Source of the DNA: Mobula hypostoma
Taxonomy: Eukaryota
Reading direction: 5' to 3'
Length of the DNA: 64,000 nt
Assembly (NCBI RefSeq): GCF_963921235.1
Contig: NC_086118.1
Span: forward strand, 16,432,001 to 16,496,000
Under the pieces are notes generated by a model. The model worked only from the letters and a program-made list of their open reading frames with translations. It had not been told where the DNA came from and did not search any database. This document shows positions 24,556 to 37,786 of the stretch, in pieces. Within the stretch, counting starts at the first letter, position 1. Every line of letters begins with the position of its first letter. The translations under genes and the position numbers were made by a program.

Positions 24556-25948
24556 GTTGTGTCTGTGCACAACTACATATATATTAAATAAAAGTACTCA
24601 CATGGGAATGGCTTTAGCTGGAGTATTCACATCGCAGTGAGAGAGAGAGAGAACAATGAATATGCAGAGACAACAGATCAATACATAGTGCTAAAGGGGG
24701 TGGGATCATTGCTCTAAAAGAAATAGATCCATATATATATATGTACAAAACATGCACTTCTGTTTCCATAAATCCAATATCCAAATAAACAAATTAACAT
24801 GCTTTCACAATAACAACCCATAAGTAACTTCACAGTCCTAAAGATTCACTTTTGGTTGGCACTCTGCTCCTTTTCAGATAGCGCCTCTGGACCTGTGGAG
24901 CAGCATCAGCTTTGGCCAGTGTCTTGTCTAAGAGAACGTTCTCCGTTTCTGGGGTCACGTTGCTGCCAGTGACGTCATCACTGAGAGGTAAGTCCGGTGA
25001 CTGTAATGCAGTCAACTCAGGCATGTTCTTTGGTTGAGCAACCAGTATCTGGTCCACGTGACGTCTCTGTGTCTGATCTCCAACATCCACTGTGTACATC
25101 AGTGGTCCAATTCTTGTAGCTATCCTACTGTGTGCCCACTTGTCTTCTTGGTAATCACGCACAAGGACCTCCTGTCCAATCTCAAAGCTCCTTGCTGCTT
25201 CACTTGGCAATTGGCTGAACAGTTAACTGCACTTCCTTCTGTAGATCTAGCTTCAGGAGGTCTATGCGAGATCTCAGATTCCTGTTCGTGAACAGCATTG
25301 CAGGTGTTCGATTTGTCATTGCATGAACAGAGTTCCTCTACACAATAAAGAAATGATCCATCTTGTGCTGTAGAGAAATGTCCTCCTTGTCTATCACTTG
25401 CTTGAAGGTCTGGATAAACCTTTCAGTTAACCCATTCATTGCTGGGTGGTGAGGAACTGACTCGAAAAGTCTGATGCCATTTTACTTCATGAACATTCGG
25501 AATTCTTCTGATGTGTATTGTGGTCCATTATCACTAATAATTTGTTCTGCTAAGCTGTTTCTGTTGAAGATAGTACTCAGAGGGGAGACAGTTATTTTCA
25601 CCCTAATTTCAGTGCATCTTTCACTGTTACACATGCGTTCCTCTGTTAGCATCTGTCGCAGCTTTCTCATGTAGTTTAACTCTCACTGTTTTGTCCCGTA
25701 ACTGCCGGTGCAGTTCTTGATATTTTCTGACATTCAAGTTCGTAGTCATCGGCAACTTGTTGTGTCTGTGCACAACTACATATATATTAAATAAAAGTAC
25801 GCACATGGGAGATGGCTTTAACTGGTGTATTCACATCGCAGTGAGAGAGATAGAGAGAACAACGTGCATGCATAGACAACAGATCAATACGTACTGCTAA
25901 GGGGGAGGGGGTCATTGTTCTAAAATAAATAAATCTATACATTATACA
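24556..25948 (-). mobile_element. Internally deleted Gypsy element with two ~200-bp LTRs
   Basis: Direct repeats 24556-~24756 and 25759-25948; PBS-like sequence near 25740-25757; integrase remnants IISDNGPQYTSEEF and FEIGQEVLVRDY..GPLMYTV; GAGC flanks. Confidence 0.85.
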
Positions 25949-26199
25949 GAGCATAATTTGTTGTCTTGGCATAATCTGTTTTCTGGTCAAAGCACATACA
26001 TGACTCCTGTGCATGTCAGTCAAACCATGAAGGTTTGTGATGAAGCTGTGCGGTTGCATACCTGCCCTCTGCTGTTCTGTGATGTGGAAATCAGAAACTT
26101 GCTGGAGGTCAGGTGTAGGTACAGTTGAGATCCTTCACCAATGCTTAACTCCAGAGCAGTTTGAGTAGCTGCTGATCTGAAGGAACAGATGCACTTTGC

Positions 26200-28412
26200 A
26201 TCCTGATGTCATATCAATGCTGAGCCCATTGCTGTACACTCCGTTCACACATAACCGCATGGCCAAACAGCCAAGCGATCACATCATCTAGTTCGCTGAT
26301 GACACGACAGTGGTGGGGCTCATCATCAACAGCCATGAGACGGCATACAGAGAGGAGGTGGAAGAGCTCAAGGACTGGTGCCAGGCAAATATCCTCTTCC
26401 TTAATGCCAGCAACACAAAGGAGATGATTATTGACTTTGGGAGAACTCACACTACACAGACCCGCATTTATAACTTAACATCAGTGATATAGCAGTGGAA
26501 ACTGCAAGCAGTTTCAAACTCCTAGGACTGCTCGTTATACACAACCTCTCACGGTCCCAGAACACATCCTACACAGTTAAGATATCTCACCAATGCCTCA
26601 AGTTTCTGATGAGGCTGAAGAGGCCTGGACTTTGCACATCTATACTCATGTCATTCTACAGATGTACAGTAGAGAGCATCCTAACATGCTGCATCACTGG
26701 TTGGTATGGAAACTGCACTGTGGTGGACAGGAAGGCTCTACAACTGTCATGGTCCGGTCCGTGAAGTCTGCATTCCGGTTCGTGGTCTGGTCCATCGATC
26801 CTTGTTCTGGGTTTTCATGTTTTCTCCCTTGTTCTGCTGGGTGTCTTAATTAAGGCGCCTGATTATCTTTTCGGTCTGGCATATAAATACCTCTGCAAAC
26901 CAGGGATCGTTTGGCTGGACTGTTCCCTTCCCCCTCCTTCTGAAACCTTGTCAAGCTCAACTGCTGGAGTGAGACCAGAGCCTTGCCATGTCATGCCAAG
27001 ATAAGGAACTATTTATGTTGAGTTTGGAACTGTCTCTTTGTGTCCGTGTGTTTAGTGTCTGTGTTCTGTGTACGAGTCCTGGCCCTACATCCTGTTCCCA
27101 AGGAGGGGTCCTGGCTCTGTGTTCCCTGTTCCTGTGCTCAAGTGCAAGGCTGTGTTCCTGTGTTCTGTGTTCCAAGACCAAGTTCCAGGTGCTGTGTTCC
27201 AGCCCTGTCCAAGTCTGAGCTTTGTGTCCTCATCCAGTTCTGGTGCCTCGCCCAGCCTAGGAGTACCTGGCCCAGCCCAGTGCTGGACATTCCTCATCCC
27301 ATGCTGGATCGTCCCCATCCGAATCCTCGGCAGTTTACCTCAGCAGTCATCCTGGCCCTGTGTCCTAGAAAGCGTCCAGGCCCTGCACTCCAAGGAGGAG
27401 TCCTGGCTCCTTACCTAAGAGCTGAGCCAAATGTAGTTCAAGAGCCATGTCCTGTGCTGGAAATTCCTTGCCCAACCCAGGAGATTCCTCGCCCAGCTTA
27501 GGAGTACCTCGCCCAGCCCGGTGCTGGAGTTCCCTCGTCCTGTCCAAGCCAAGGCTTTGTGTTCTCATCCTGTCCATGTGCCTCATCCTGTGCAGGAGTT
27601 CCACGTCCTGTCCTTGCCAAGATCCTAGTCCCGAGTCCTAGCCTAGACCCGGATTCCGGTTCCGAGTCAAGACCCAGGTTGCGGGTCCTTGTCCAGGCTC
27701 TGGTTCCGGAGTTCCGAGTTCCTCGTCCAGGCTCCTTGTTACTAGTTCCACGTCCGGGTCCCGTGTTTCTAGCCCAGGCCCTGTATCCTAGTCTTGTCCA
27801 GGGCCTGTGTCAATGTCCATGTCCAGTGTCATTTCTTCCCTTGCTTTCTTGAAAAACCTAGTCCTGTTCCTAGTACTTCAGTGTTTGTCTTGCATTTGGG
27901 ACCACCATCAACACGGCCCCCTTGCAACAACAACAGATAGTCAAAGCTACCTAACACATCACTGGCATCAGCCTACCCTCCATCAAGGTCATATACCCAG
28001 AAAGGTGCTGGAAAAGGGCCAGTAACATCATTCCTACCCACCCTACTCACGGACTGTTTGCCCACTCCCATTAGGGAGGATGCTATGTAGCATCCATGCC
28101 AGGACCACCAGACTGAAAAACATTTGCCTTTCCCAAGCAGTAAGGCTGATCAACACCTCCAGCCACTAACTCCACCACTACTTTATTATTTCCCATCAGT
28201 CACCTTATGGACAGCCGAACACCACTTTTTGCACAAGCAATCAATCTATGTACATAAGCTATCTTGTGCATTTATTGTGTCTATTATTGTTATTGTGCTC
28301 TTTATCTTTTGTTTTTTTTGTGTTGCATTGGATTTGATTTAACAATTCTCATTCTCCTTACTCTTGTGTACAGGAAATGACATTAAACAATCTTGTAGCT
28401 TGAACCTTGATT
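26200..28412 (+). mobile_element. Rex1/Babar LINE RT and 3' end, interrupted by a solo LTR
   Basis: LSPLLY.., FADDTTVVGLI..YREEVEEL..WC, FYRCTVESILTCCITGWYGNC. Confidence 0.85.
26745..27929 (+). mobile_element. Solo LTR with internal degenerate tandem repeats
   Basis: TGTCATGG..GCAACA; 5-bp TSD ACAAC; TATA-like ATATAAATA at 26881; ends homologous to 50515-51956. Confidence 0.85.
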
Positions 28413-29610
28413 AAGTGTAGCTCTATTTTAATTTAGTTGCTTCATTCCCTATGTTTCGGACTATATTTTTAATTTAATTACTGTCGTTGAATGTATTTTA
28501 AATAAATTCATTATTGCCTATTTTATCCTCATAGATAAATTCTATGAAAAGCTTGAACAAGCAAAGAATGGATGCAAATCTCAAGATATTGTTGTTGTCA
28601 TGGGAGATCTAAATGCTAAAGTAGGACAAGGTGCTGATGGAAATACCATAGGAAAATTTGGACTAGGGGAAAGAAATGAAAGAGGCAAGAAATCAGTAGA
28701 ATGGTGCAAGATAAATAATCAGGTCATTTTGAATACCTACTTTAAAAACTATCCGAGACACTTGTGGACCTGGAAAAGTCCAGGTGATAACACTAAAAAT
28801 CAAATTGACTTTAATACTATAAACCGAAGATTTAGAAACTCAGTGACTCAATGCAAAACATATCCAGGTGCAGACTTTAATAGTGACCATAACCCAGTAG
28901 TATGTCATGTAAAAGTAAAACTTAAAAAAACTAAAGAAGCAGAAACCTGAACAACCCCTTGACGACTTGCAATTAATTAAAGAAGAAAACTTAAGACAAA
29001 AATTTACAATTGAGGTAAGGAATAGGTTTCAAAGTCCAGAAAAAGAATCTGTTGAAGATTATAGCAATCATGTAGAAATGAAATTTAACTCTCAAAAGGA
29101 TGCCTTGGTAGAATCAGCAAAGTCAGTGATTCCTAAAAAAGAAAAAAGCACAAAGAATAAATGGATGACAGATGAAATCAAAAATCTAATGGAAGAAAGC
29201 AAATCCTATAGAATATATTCCTTGAATAAAAAAGTTAAAAGTTTATGTCAAAAAGCCAAAGAAGAATGGTTAAACCAGGAATGTGAGCAAATAGAAAGAA
29301 TCATGATTACTGATCCAAAAAGGTTACATCAACAAATCAAGATCATCACTGGTAAAAAGCTGCTCTGTTCTTCAGGTGAATGTTTGAAAGCAAAGGACGG
29401 TACTATTATCATGGAAAAAAATGAGGTTATGAACAGATGGACTGAGTATACAGGCAGCCCCCATTTTCCGAATGTTCGCTTTACGACACCTCGCTGTTAC
29501 GAAAGACCTACATTAGTTCCTTGTTTTTGCTAACAGAAGGTGTTTTCGCTGTTACGAAAAAAGGCAGCGCGAGCCTGAACAGCCAAGCTCCTCCCCTGGA
29601 ACTGCATTCA

Positions 29611-30198
29611 ATAGACAATAGGTGCAGGAGTAGGCCATTCGGCCCTTCAGGCCAGCACCACCATTCACTGTGATCATGGCTGATCATCCACAATCAGTAT
29701 CCAGTTCCTGTCTTATCCCTATAAACTTTGATTCCACTATCTTTAAGAGCTCTATCTGTCTCTTTCTTGAAAGCATCCAGAGACTTGGCCTCCACTGCCT
29801 TCTGGGGCAGAGCATTTCACATATCCACCACTCTCTGGGTGAAAAAGTTTTTCCTCAACTCCGTTCTAAAAGGCGTTCTCCTTGTTCTTAAACTGTGGCC
29901 TTTGGTTCTGGACTCATCCATCAGTGAGAACATGCTTCCTGCCTCCAGTGTGTCCAATCTCTTAATAATCTTATATGTTTCAATCAGATCCCCTCTCATC
30001 CTTCTAAATTCCAGTGTATACAAGCCCAGTCGCTCCAATCTTTCAACATATGACAGTCCTGCCATCCCGAGAATTAACCTTGTGAACCTATGCTGCATTC
30101 CCTCAGTAGCAAGAATGTCCTTCCTCAAATTTGGAGACCAAAACTGCGCACAATACTCCAGGTGTGGTCTCACCAGGGCCCTGTACAGCTGCAGAAGT
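29611..30198 (-). mobile_element. CR1/HER1 3' end nested in Tigger
   Basis: LYRALVRPHLEYCAQFWSP..RRMRGDLIETYKI; HER1-type 3' UTR. Confidence 0.92.
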
Positions 30199-30665
30199 CG
30201 GCATTGCTTAAACACGTGCTTTATCTCGATTTATTTTGAGCATCCGTTAGCAAGATGAGTCCTAAGGTATCGGAAAAGCCTAAAAGAGTTCGTAATGGTG
30301 TTACACTTAGCGTAAAACTAGACATAATTAAGCGTTTCAATCGTGGTGACTGAAGTAAGGACATTGTCCATGCGTTAAACTTGCCTGCGTCCACCATTCA
30401 TACTATTTACATGCAGAGAGAAAGAATTTAGAAAGCTGCCGATGTTACTGTTGGTTCTGCTCATAGCAAAGTGGTCTCTCTTAGTTGGCATCCAATAATG
30501 GATAAAATGTAAAGTCTATTGCTTGAGTGGATTGATGGGTGTACAAAGCGTGGTGTTCCGTTAAGTTTTCTTATATTTAAGGAGAAATCAGTCAGTCTTT
30601 TTAATAAGCTGAAACAGAAAGCACTGGACTTGGTTTCTGAGGCGAGGGCAGCTTCATAGTTTAAG

Positions 30666-30850
30666 CAGTGGTCCTCAACCTCCAGGCCGTGGATCGATAC
30701 ATTGCCGCGAAGAATGCAGTGGTGCAGTGGTAGTTGGGATGCTCCCAGCGCATCTTTAATGAAAAAGACGAAATAAACAAGCTAATTAATTAGGTGCTGC
30801 CCGGCACGTAAATGTCAGCCCAGATCAGAGGCGATTGCCGATTGCGTCAG
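30666..30850. mobile_element. Small hAT/Charlie-like fragment inside Tigger
   Basis: Starts CAGTGGTCCTCAACC, a typical hAT TIR; partner TIR not found. Confidence 0.4.
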
Positions 30851-32929
30851 GTGGTTATTCGTATAAGCAAGTGTTTAATTGTGACGAAGCTGCAATTTAT
30901 TGAAGTCTTCCCGAATCCGGTAAGTGAAACTAAACTGTACATACATTATTTCTACTTTATATAGGCTATGTATTTTTACGTGTTATTTGGTATGATTTGG
31001 CAGTTTCATAGCTTAAAGGTTACTGGAAAGAGTGTTTCTGCCAAGAGCACTTGCACCGTGTTTCTGCCGAGAGTGCTTCTGCCAAGAGTGCTACCATGAG
31101 ATTTTCACTGCGCTAGACAGTGCTGCAGGAGAGTATTTCTACTTTATATAGGCTGTGTATTTATCATATCATTCCTGCTTTTACTATATGTTACTGATAT
31201 TTTAGGTTTTATGTGTTATTTGGTATGATTTTGCAGGTTTTTTGGGTCTGGGAACGCTCAAAAATTTTTCCCCATATTAATAAATGGTAATTGCTTATTC
31301 ACTTTACGACATTCCGGCTTACAAACCATTTCAAAGGAACGCTCTACTTTCAGATAGCGGGAGAAACCTGTATTCAGGAATTGTTTGAAGACGTTCGAGG
31401 CAAAAAAACCAGTAATTAAGAAAAACATTGAAGGTCCAAGTATTTTAAAATCTGAAGTTCGTAATGCAATAAATAAGATGAAGAAAGGAAAGCAGCAGGT
31501 CCTGATGAATTAGTAATAGAACAAATAATTACCCTTGAAGATTATGGAATTGAAAAACTTACTGATTTAATCAATGACATTTATGAGACTGGAATAATAC
31601 CAGAAGAGATGGAAAAAATCAGTATTTATCACTCTTCCTAAGAAACCTGGAGCAATAAAATGTGAATTACGTAGGACCATAAGTTTAATGAGTCATATCA
31701 CCAAGATACTTCTAAAAATTTTGATGACAAGAGCTAAAAGTAAGATACAAGCTGAAATAGGCAAAGAACAATGTGGTTTTGTGAAAGACAAAGGTACAAG
31801 AAACACAATATTGATGTTAAGGATACTATCAGAACGAGCTATTCAAGTGCAAAGATTTGTTTGTTTGTTTTATCGACTACACAAAAGCATTTGATAAAGT
31901 GAAGCACAATAAGTTATTTGAAATATTACAGAAAACTCTAGATCTAGATTCGAAAGACCTCCGCCTAATCAGAAATCTGTACTGGGAACAAACTGCTGTT
32001 GTAAGATTGGATGGAGAAGTGAGTCAGTTTACGAAAATCAAGAGACAAGGGTTTGTTTTCTCCTTTGATTTAGTTAATGTGTACAGAGAAACAATATTAC
32101 AAAAAATAAGAGACATCTTGGGAATCAAAGTTGGCAGTGAAAACATCAATAATTTCAGATACGCGGATGACACTCTGTTAATTGCAAGTACGGAGGAAGA
32201 ACTACAAAACTTAATTGATATACTTGTTGAAGAACGTGCAAAAATGGGTCTATCTATCAATTGCAAAAAGACAATGTATGGTGATATCCAAAAAGGAGAG
32301 TCCTATCTGCCGGCTGAGAATAAACGGGGAAGACATAAAACAAGTAAAGAAATGTTGCTACTTAGGAAGCTGGATGACATCAGATGGGAGGTGTGACTTG
32401 GACATCAAAAGAAGAGGAGGGATGGCAAAAGACACCTTTACAAGAATGAAGAGTATACTGACCAATACTGAACTAGGCATGACAACCCGCCTCAGGGTAC
32501 TGAAATGTTACATTTATCCAGTTATATTATATGGCTCAGAATGTTGTACAGTATCTAGTAACATGAGGAAACGAATTGTAGCAGCAGAGATGTGGTTTTT
32601 GAGGAGGATGCAAAGAATATCATGGACGATGTCATGAACAGAGCAAATACAAAGAGAAATAATGCATGAGATCATGAAAAGGCAATGTAACTTCATTGGA
32701 CATGTGATTAGGAAAGAGGAGTTAGAATGCACGGTAATTATGGGAGAGATTGAAGGGAAGAAAGCAAGAGGAAGACAAAGACAAATGATGATGGAGACAG
32801 CAGCCAGAGAACTGGAAATGAATACCAATGAATTGATCCACTTGACCCGAAACAGGAGTGTGTGGGCCATGGCAGTGACAGCTCAAGCTGGGCACGGCAC
32901 CTGATGATGATGATGATTGCCTATTTATT

Positions 32930-33470
32930 AAAGTCATACAGCATGAAAAAGGCTCTTTGGCCCATTTTGTCCATGGTGTCCACTAAGCTAGTCCCATTGC
33001 CTATTTTCACTCATATCCCTCTAAACACCTCCTATCCCTTTGTCTTTATTATATCTGACTCAACCACATCCTCTAGCAGCTCATTCCATATTTCCCCCAG
33101 CCTCTGCATGAAGAAATTGACCCTCAAATCCCCTTTAAATCTTCCATCTCTCACCTTAAACCTATGCCTTTGGAAAAAGACTGTGTGCGATCACCCTGTC
33201 CATACTCCTGATTTTATACATGTCTATGAAGTCAACCCAAAATCTGCTACATTCCAAGGACTAAAGTTATAGTTTGTTCAACTCCTTCCAAGAATTTAGA
33301 CCTTCAAATCCTGGCAGCATTTCCGTAAATATTTTCTGTTCTCTTTAGGTGACCAAAACTGTGCATCATACCAGAAGTACAGTCTAATGAATCTCTTGTA
33401 CCACAACACAACTTCCCAATGCCTATACTCAGTGCTCTGACTGATGAAGGCCAGCATGCCCAATGCTAAA
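32930..33470 (-). mobile_element. Degenerate CR1 3' end
   Basis: LGMLAFISQS.EYR.WEV.L remnant and CR1-type UTR. Confidence 0.7.
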
Positions 33471-33554
33471 TAATTTCTCAATAGTTCTATGTTTTCCTTT
33501 ATTCCAAAACATTTAACTGTTAATAAATGTCTCTGCATATCAGAGGCATTTAAA

Positions 33555-34660
33555 AACAACTTCAAGTTCGCAGGTGTTAACATCTCAGAGGATGTGTGCT
33601 GGGCCCAGCACATTGAAGCAATTACAAAGAAAGCACATCAATGGTCTTACTTCATTAGCAGTTTGTTGATATTTGGTCGTTCACCAAAATCTCTTGCAAA
33701 TCTCTACAGATGTTAGATGGACTGGATTCTGACTGGATTTATCACAGGAAGTGATACCAGTTGGTAGGCAGTCTCCCGTGTACAGGATCCCAAGGTTCCA
33801 GCCTGGGCACAGGCCTTCCTGCCATAAAGGACATGTTGAAGAGGTGGTGCTTTGAGGAGGTAGCATCCATTATTAAAGTCCTTCACCATCTACATCATGC
33901 CCTCTTCTTATTACTGCCATTAGGGAGGAGGCACAAGAGCCTGAAGACTCCACTCAATGTTTAAGAAAAGCTTTTTCTCCTCCACAATCAGATGTCTGAA
34001 CAGATTAGATTATGTGGACACTCAGTCCTCGTTTATTGTCATTTAGAAGTGCATGCATTAAAAAATGATACAACGTTCCTCCAGAATGATATCACAAGAA
34101 AACATAGGACAAACCAAGACTAAAACTGACAAAACCACACAATTATAACATATAGTTACAACAGTGCAAAGCAATACCATAATTTGATAAAGAGCAGACC
34201 ATGGGCATGGTAAAAAAAAAGTCTCAAAGTCCCGATAGACTCATCATCTCACGCAAGTGGCAGAAGGGAGAAACTCTCCCTGCCATGAACCTCCAAGCGC
34301 CGACAACTTGCCGATGCAGCACCATTGGAAGCACCCGACTGCAGTGGACTCTGAGTCTGTCCGAAAACTTCGAGCCTCCGACCAGCCCCTCCGACACCGA
34401 GCACCGAGCACCATCCTCTGCTGAGCACTTCGACTCTGCCCCGGCCACCAAACAACAAGCAAAGCCAAGGACTCGGGGCCTTCTCCAGAGATTCTGGACC
34501 ACACAGTAGCAGCAGCAGCAAAGTCTATAGTCTATAGAATAAAGTCTATGAATCTTGAGGACAGTACCTCATAACCACCTTTTGCAATATTTACTTATTT
34601 TTTAACTTACTGGAATTTTGGTGCATTGCACTGTACCGTTGCTCTGCAGAGCGACAGAGT
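33555..34660 (+). mobile_element. Degenerate Rex1 3' end with a younger opposite-strand non-LTR 3' fragment at about 34004-34520
   Basis: HALFLLLPLGRRHKSLK; the insert begins GATTAGATTA..TTTATTGTCATTTAG (reverse AATAAA plus repeat tail). Confidence 0.6.
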
Positions 34661-35749
34661 TGTGGGATTAAATCGGGGGTCAAGTGTGGGTGGTAAGTCA
34701 AACTGAGCACCATATGGTTCCATATCATCACAATGAAATGTCATATCATCTTCTTTGTATCGGTCATGAAATAAGTTTTTAATAAGTGGTCTCATCAAAA
34801 AAAATTGGAGGGCTTAAGTGACTTACATCTGGGAGGTATTGGCCATACACAGTGATGTAGTAAAAGGATGCTGTAAAGGAAAAAACAAAAAGAAAATGCA
34901 ACTGAGAACCTCCCTCCCATGTGTCAATAGAATCTGAGTATCTTATTACAGAAGGAAAAGAGAATTCTTAATTTAGTGGCCACGCCTCTCGACATGGCCC
35001 AATGTTAAATCGTCAGGCTGCATGACAGGCTAACCACTTATCAAGAGAAACAGCATGGTAAAACATGGGAATAGATTGGTAAAACAGCTTTATCTGTTTT
35101 ACACTACTTCCCAGTTCTGAGGGAGGGTCCCAGAGTTTAAGCACTAAGTGCATCTTACTCCACAGTTGTTATCAGACCTGTTGAGTGTTTCTAACATTTT
35201 TTTTTTATGTTTATGTCTCTTCAGTTTCACACTAGCATCATTTTAACTGCAACTAGGAAATCAAAACTACCTTGAAAAGGTCTATAAAGTTATTTCAAAA
35301 AGGAAAAGAAAATAGCAAGAATTGGTCCACATCCATTAATGTGGTCATTGACAGAGATTAAAACATTTCACCTGCAGCTCAATGTCAGAGAATAAGGAAG
35401 GTGTGTCTGGGTAGAGATTTTTGTTTTTATCTTCTGGCAGTTGGAAGTTAGCAGCATAACTGGGATCTGCTTCCTGTTGCTCCTAGAAGATAATATTTTC
35501 TGGGTAGATTGGGACATGGTAGATTATCATTATAGTAAACTGGAAGATTATTGTCACAGGAAACTGGGTAGACCTGAAACTCACATTGCTGCAAAACCAT
35601 CCCCTTATTCTCAATAAGCAGGACCTCTATAAAATGTTCCACACCTCAAAAAATATCGCAAACTGATGGTGTATGTGAATTTGTGCCCATTCTGTGCAGA
35701 GACTTCACACTGCAAAAGCAATTGCACAAAGATTCCAAGGCATTTATGT

Positions 35750-36242
35750 ATTTAGATTTACTAGAATGTTACCTGGGTTTCATCACCTAAGTTACAGAGA
35801 AAGGTTGAACAAGTTGGGTCTTTATTCTTTGGAGCATAGAAGGTTGAGGGGGGACTTGATAGAGGTATTTAAAATTATGAGGGGGATAGATAGAATTGAC
35901 GTGGATAGGCTTTTTCCATTGAGAATGGGGAAGATTCAAACAAGAGGACATGAGTTGACAGTTAAAGGGCAAAAGTTTAGGGGTAACATGAGGGGGAACT
36001 TCTTTACTCAGAGAGTGGTAGCTGTGTGGAACAAGCTTCCAGCAGAAGTGGTTGAGGCAGGTTCGATATCGTCGTTTAAAGTTAAATTGGATAGCTATAT
36101 GCGCAGGAAAAGAATGGAGGGTTATGGGCTGAGTGTGGGTCGGTGGGACTAGGTGAGAGTAAGAGTTCAGCACGGACTAGAAGGGCCGAGATGGCCTATT
36201 TTCATGCTGTAATTGTAATATGGTTTATATGGTTTATATATA
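35750..36242 (+). mobile_element. CR1/HER1 3' end (young)
   Basis: RFTRMLPG..LSYRERL..RRLRGDLIEVFKI..FFTQRVV; ATATGGTTT tandem tail. Confidence 0.92.
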
Positions 36243-36559
36243 GGGGAAATGTGCACAAGCCCATTGCAGGTCAAAGAGGGGACTAAAGCAGGTCATGGAT
36301 CTCACAGTGGGACGAGGGTGTATAGGGTAGGAAGATTGAGAGAAACCTTGGGGGTGGTGATAAAGAGTCAAGAAAGGTTAGACTTTGTGTTAGGGAGAGG
36401 TTAGGATTGCTTTATTCACTTGCTCTTTAGTAAATAGTGGCTAAACCAGCATTAACTGCCTTTCCTTATTTGGCCCTGACTTGAGCAAATTGCTTGGCTA
36501 CTGAAGAGTTAAACATATTGGGTTCACATGCAGACACGGCAACAGAACACATAAAGAAC

Positions 36560-36730
36560 TAGAGAAAACCTGCAGATGCTGGAAGCCCGAGCAACACACA
36601 CAAAATGCTGGAGAACTCAGCACCCAGGCAGCATCTATGGAAAAAAGTGCGGTCGGCGTTTCGAAAACATTGACTGTACTTTTTCCCATAGATGCTGCCT
36701 GGCCTGCTGAGTTCCTCCAGCATTTTGTGT
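36560..36730. mobile_element. Second fold-back Penelope pLTR element
   Basis: Inverted arms around GTTTCGAAAAC (~36658-36668); more diverged than the 22291 copy. Confidence 0.85.
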
Positions 36731-37144
36731 TTTAACTGAAAACGTAAGTTTCCTTCCCCAGTGACTACAAAAATTCATGGTGATTACTAATATCAGCCAA
36801 ATCCAAATGGAACTGATTAAATAAATTTAAATTCTCTAATTTGTATGTTTTCAGACTAATAATCCAGGTCTTTGGAAACTTAAAAAAAAATGAATGTTAG
36901 TTTGAAGCTTTAAGGTGAATTAGGGCCATTACTCAGATCGGGGCAGGATGTCCAGGAAGTCACAGAATGAGACATTTGTGATGTCAGAGGATTTTACTGG
37001 GCTGCAGAGCATCACTAATGTGGCTCGGTGTGGAGGTAGGGTCGGGGTTAAAGAATCCAAAATGACCCCCAATCAGGTTAGAAAGGGCAGACTAAAGTAA
37101 CATCGAACCAGCTTTCACCTGCAGGTTGAGCCGAGTCCCTTCAT

Positions 37145-37250
37145 CAGGTGAAGGGTCTCGGCTGGAACTGAGTGCTTATTCCCCTCTGTAGATGCTGCCT
37201 GACTTGCTCAGTTCATCCAGCATCAGGATTTGCAATATCTCTGTGTTTAC
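37145..37250 (+). mobile_element. Penelope pLTR-derived short repeat (degenerate)
   Basis: TGAAGGGTCTCGGC..GATGCTGCCTGACTTGCTCAGTTCATCCAGC. Confidence 0.65.
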
Positions 37251-37680
37251 GATTTTCATATTCAAATGATCTGGTTGCATGCATTTAACCACTGATTTTC
37301 TAATAAAATTAACACACCTAGGGCACAAACACATTGTAGGACATTGTTATGTATAGCGTGGAGCAAGAATTACAACGGAGCAGTGCGATTAAGTGCTTTT
37401 ACTGAGTAGTGTTAGCAACACTACATACTGGACTGGGCCCTACAAAAGGAAAACATATGCATTCAAAACCCTGCACCCAAAAAATGAGCGAGCCCTCTGT
37501 GTGTAGTAGGCCCAGTCATTTCACTGCACTATCAAACAGCCACATGCACACTTGTCATATTCTCGCAATCGAACTGATACTGTACAAACATGATTCAATT
37601 TGTAGGCCAAAATCACATTTTTCTTTTTGGTCTTGGTGTCAAGAATGTCTTTATGGCCAGACAGACACAAAGTTAATTAC

Positions 37681-37786
37681 CTGACCATGATGTCATTCTT
37701 TACCACAAATTGATCTTCAGGCTGTCTATACGGAATATCATTAACCCTGCCTATCTCTTCTTTCATCATATTGCAATAGTCTGTAC
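37681..37786 (-). CDS. Possible upstream exon (TDYCNMMKEEIGRVNDIPYRQPEDQFVVKNDIMV)
   Basis: CAG|GTAATT donor, open frame, phase-2 end compatible with 24231-24292; acceptor weak. Confidence 0.3.

Larger units (their letters stand above)
29451..31370 (+). mobile_element. Tigger/pogo DNA transposon, internally deleted
   Basis: TA TSD; TIR CAGGCAGCCCCC / GCGGGAGAAACCTG; MSPKVSEKPKR..VTLSVKLDIIKRF CENP-B-type HTH at 30255. Confidence 0.9.
28530..32917 (+). mobile_element. RTE-clade LINE (APE plus RT, frameshifted), interrupted by Tigger
   Basis: MGDLNAKVG, NQID, SDHNPV, FIDYTKAFD, YADD, LYGSEC motifs; (TGA)n tail; frame resumes after the insertion (WTEY|IQELFED). Confidence 0.95.

Noticed and set aside
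26957..27852. Cluster of Pro/Cys-rich ORFs
   Set aside because: Low-complexity interior of a solo LTR.
35441..35625. Exon-like signals on both strands
   Set aside because: Isolated; phases do not join the chain and the peptides are unrecognisable.
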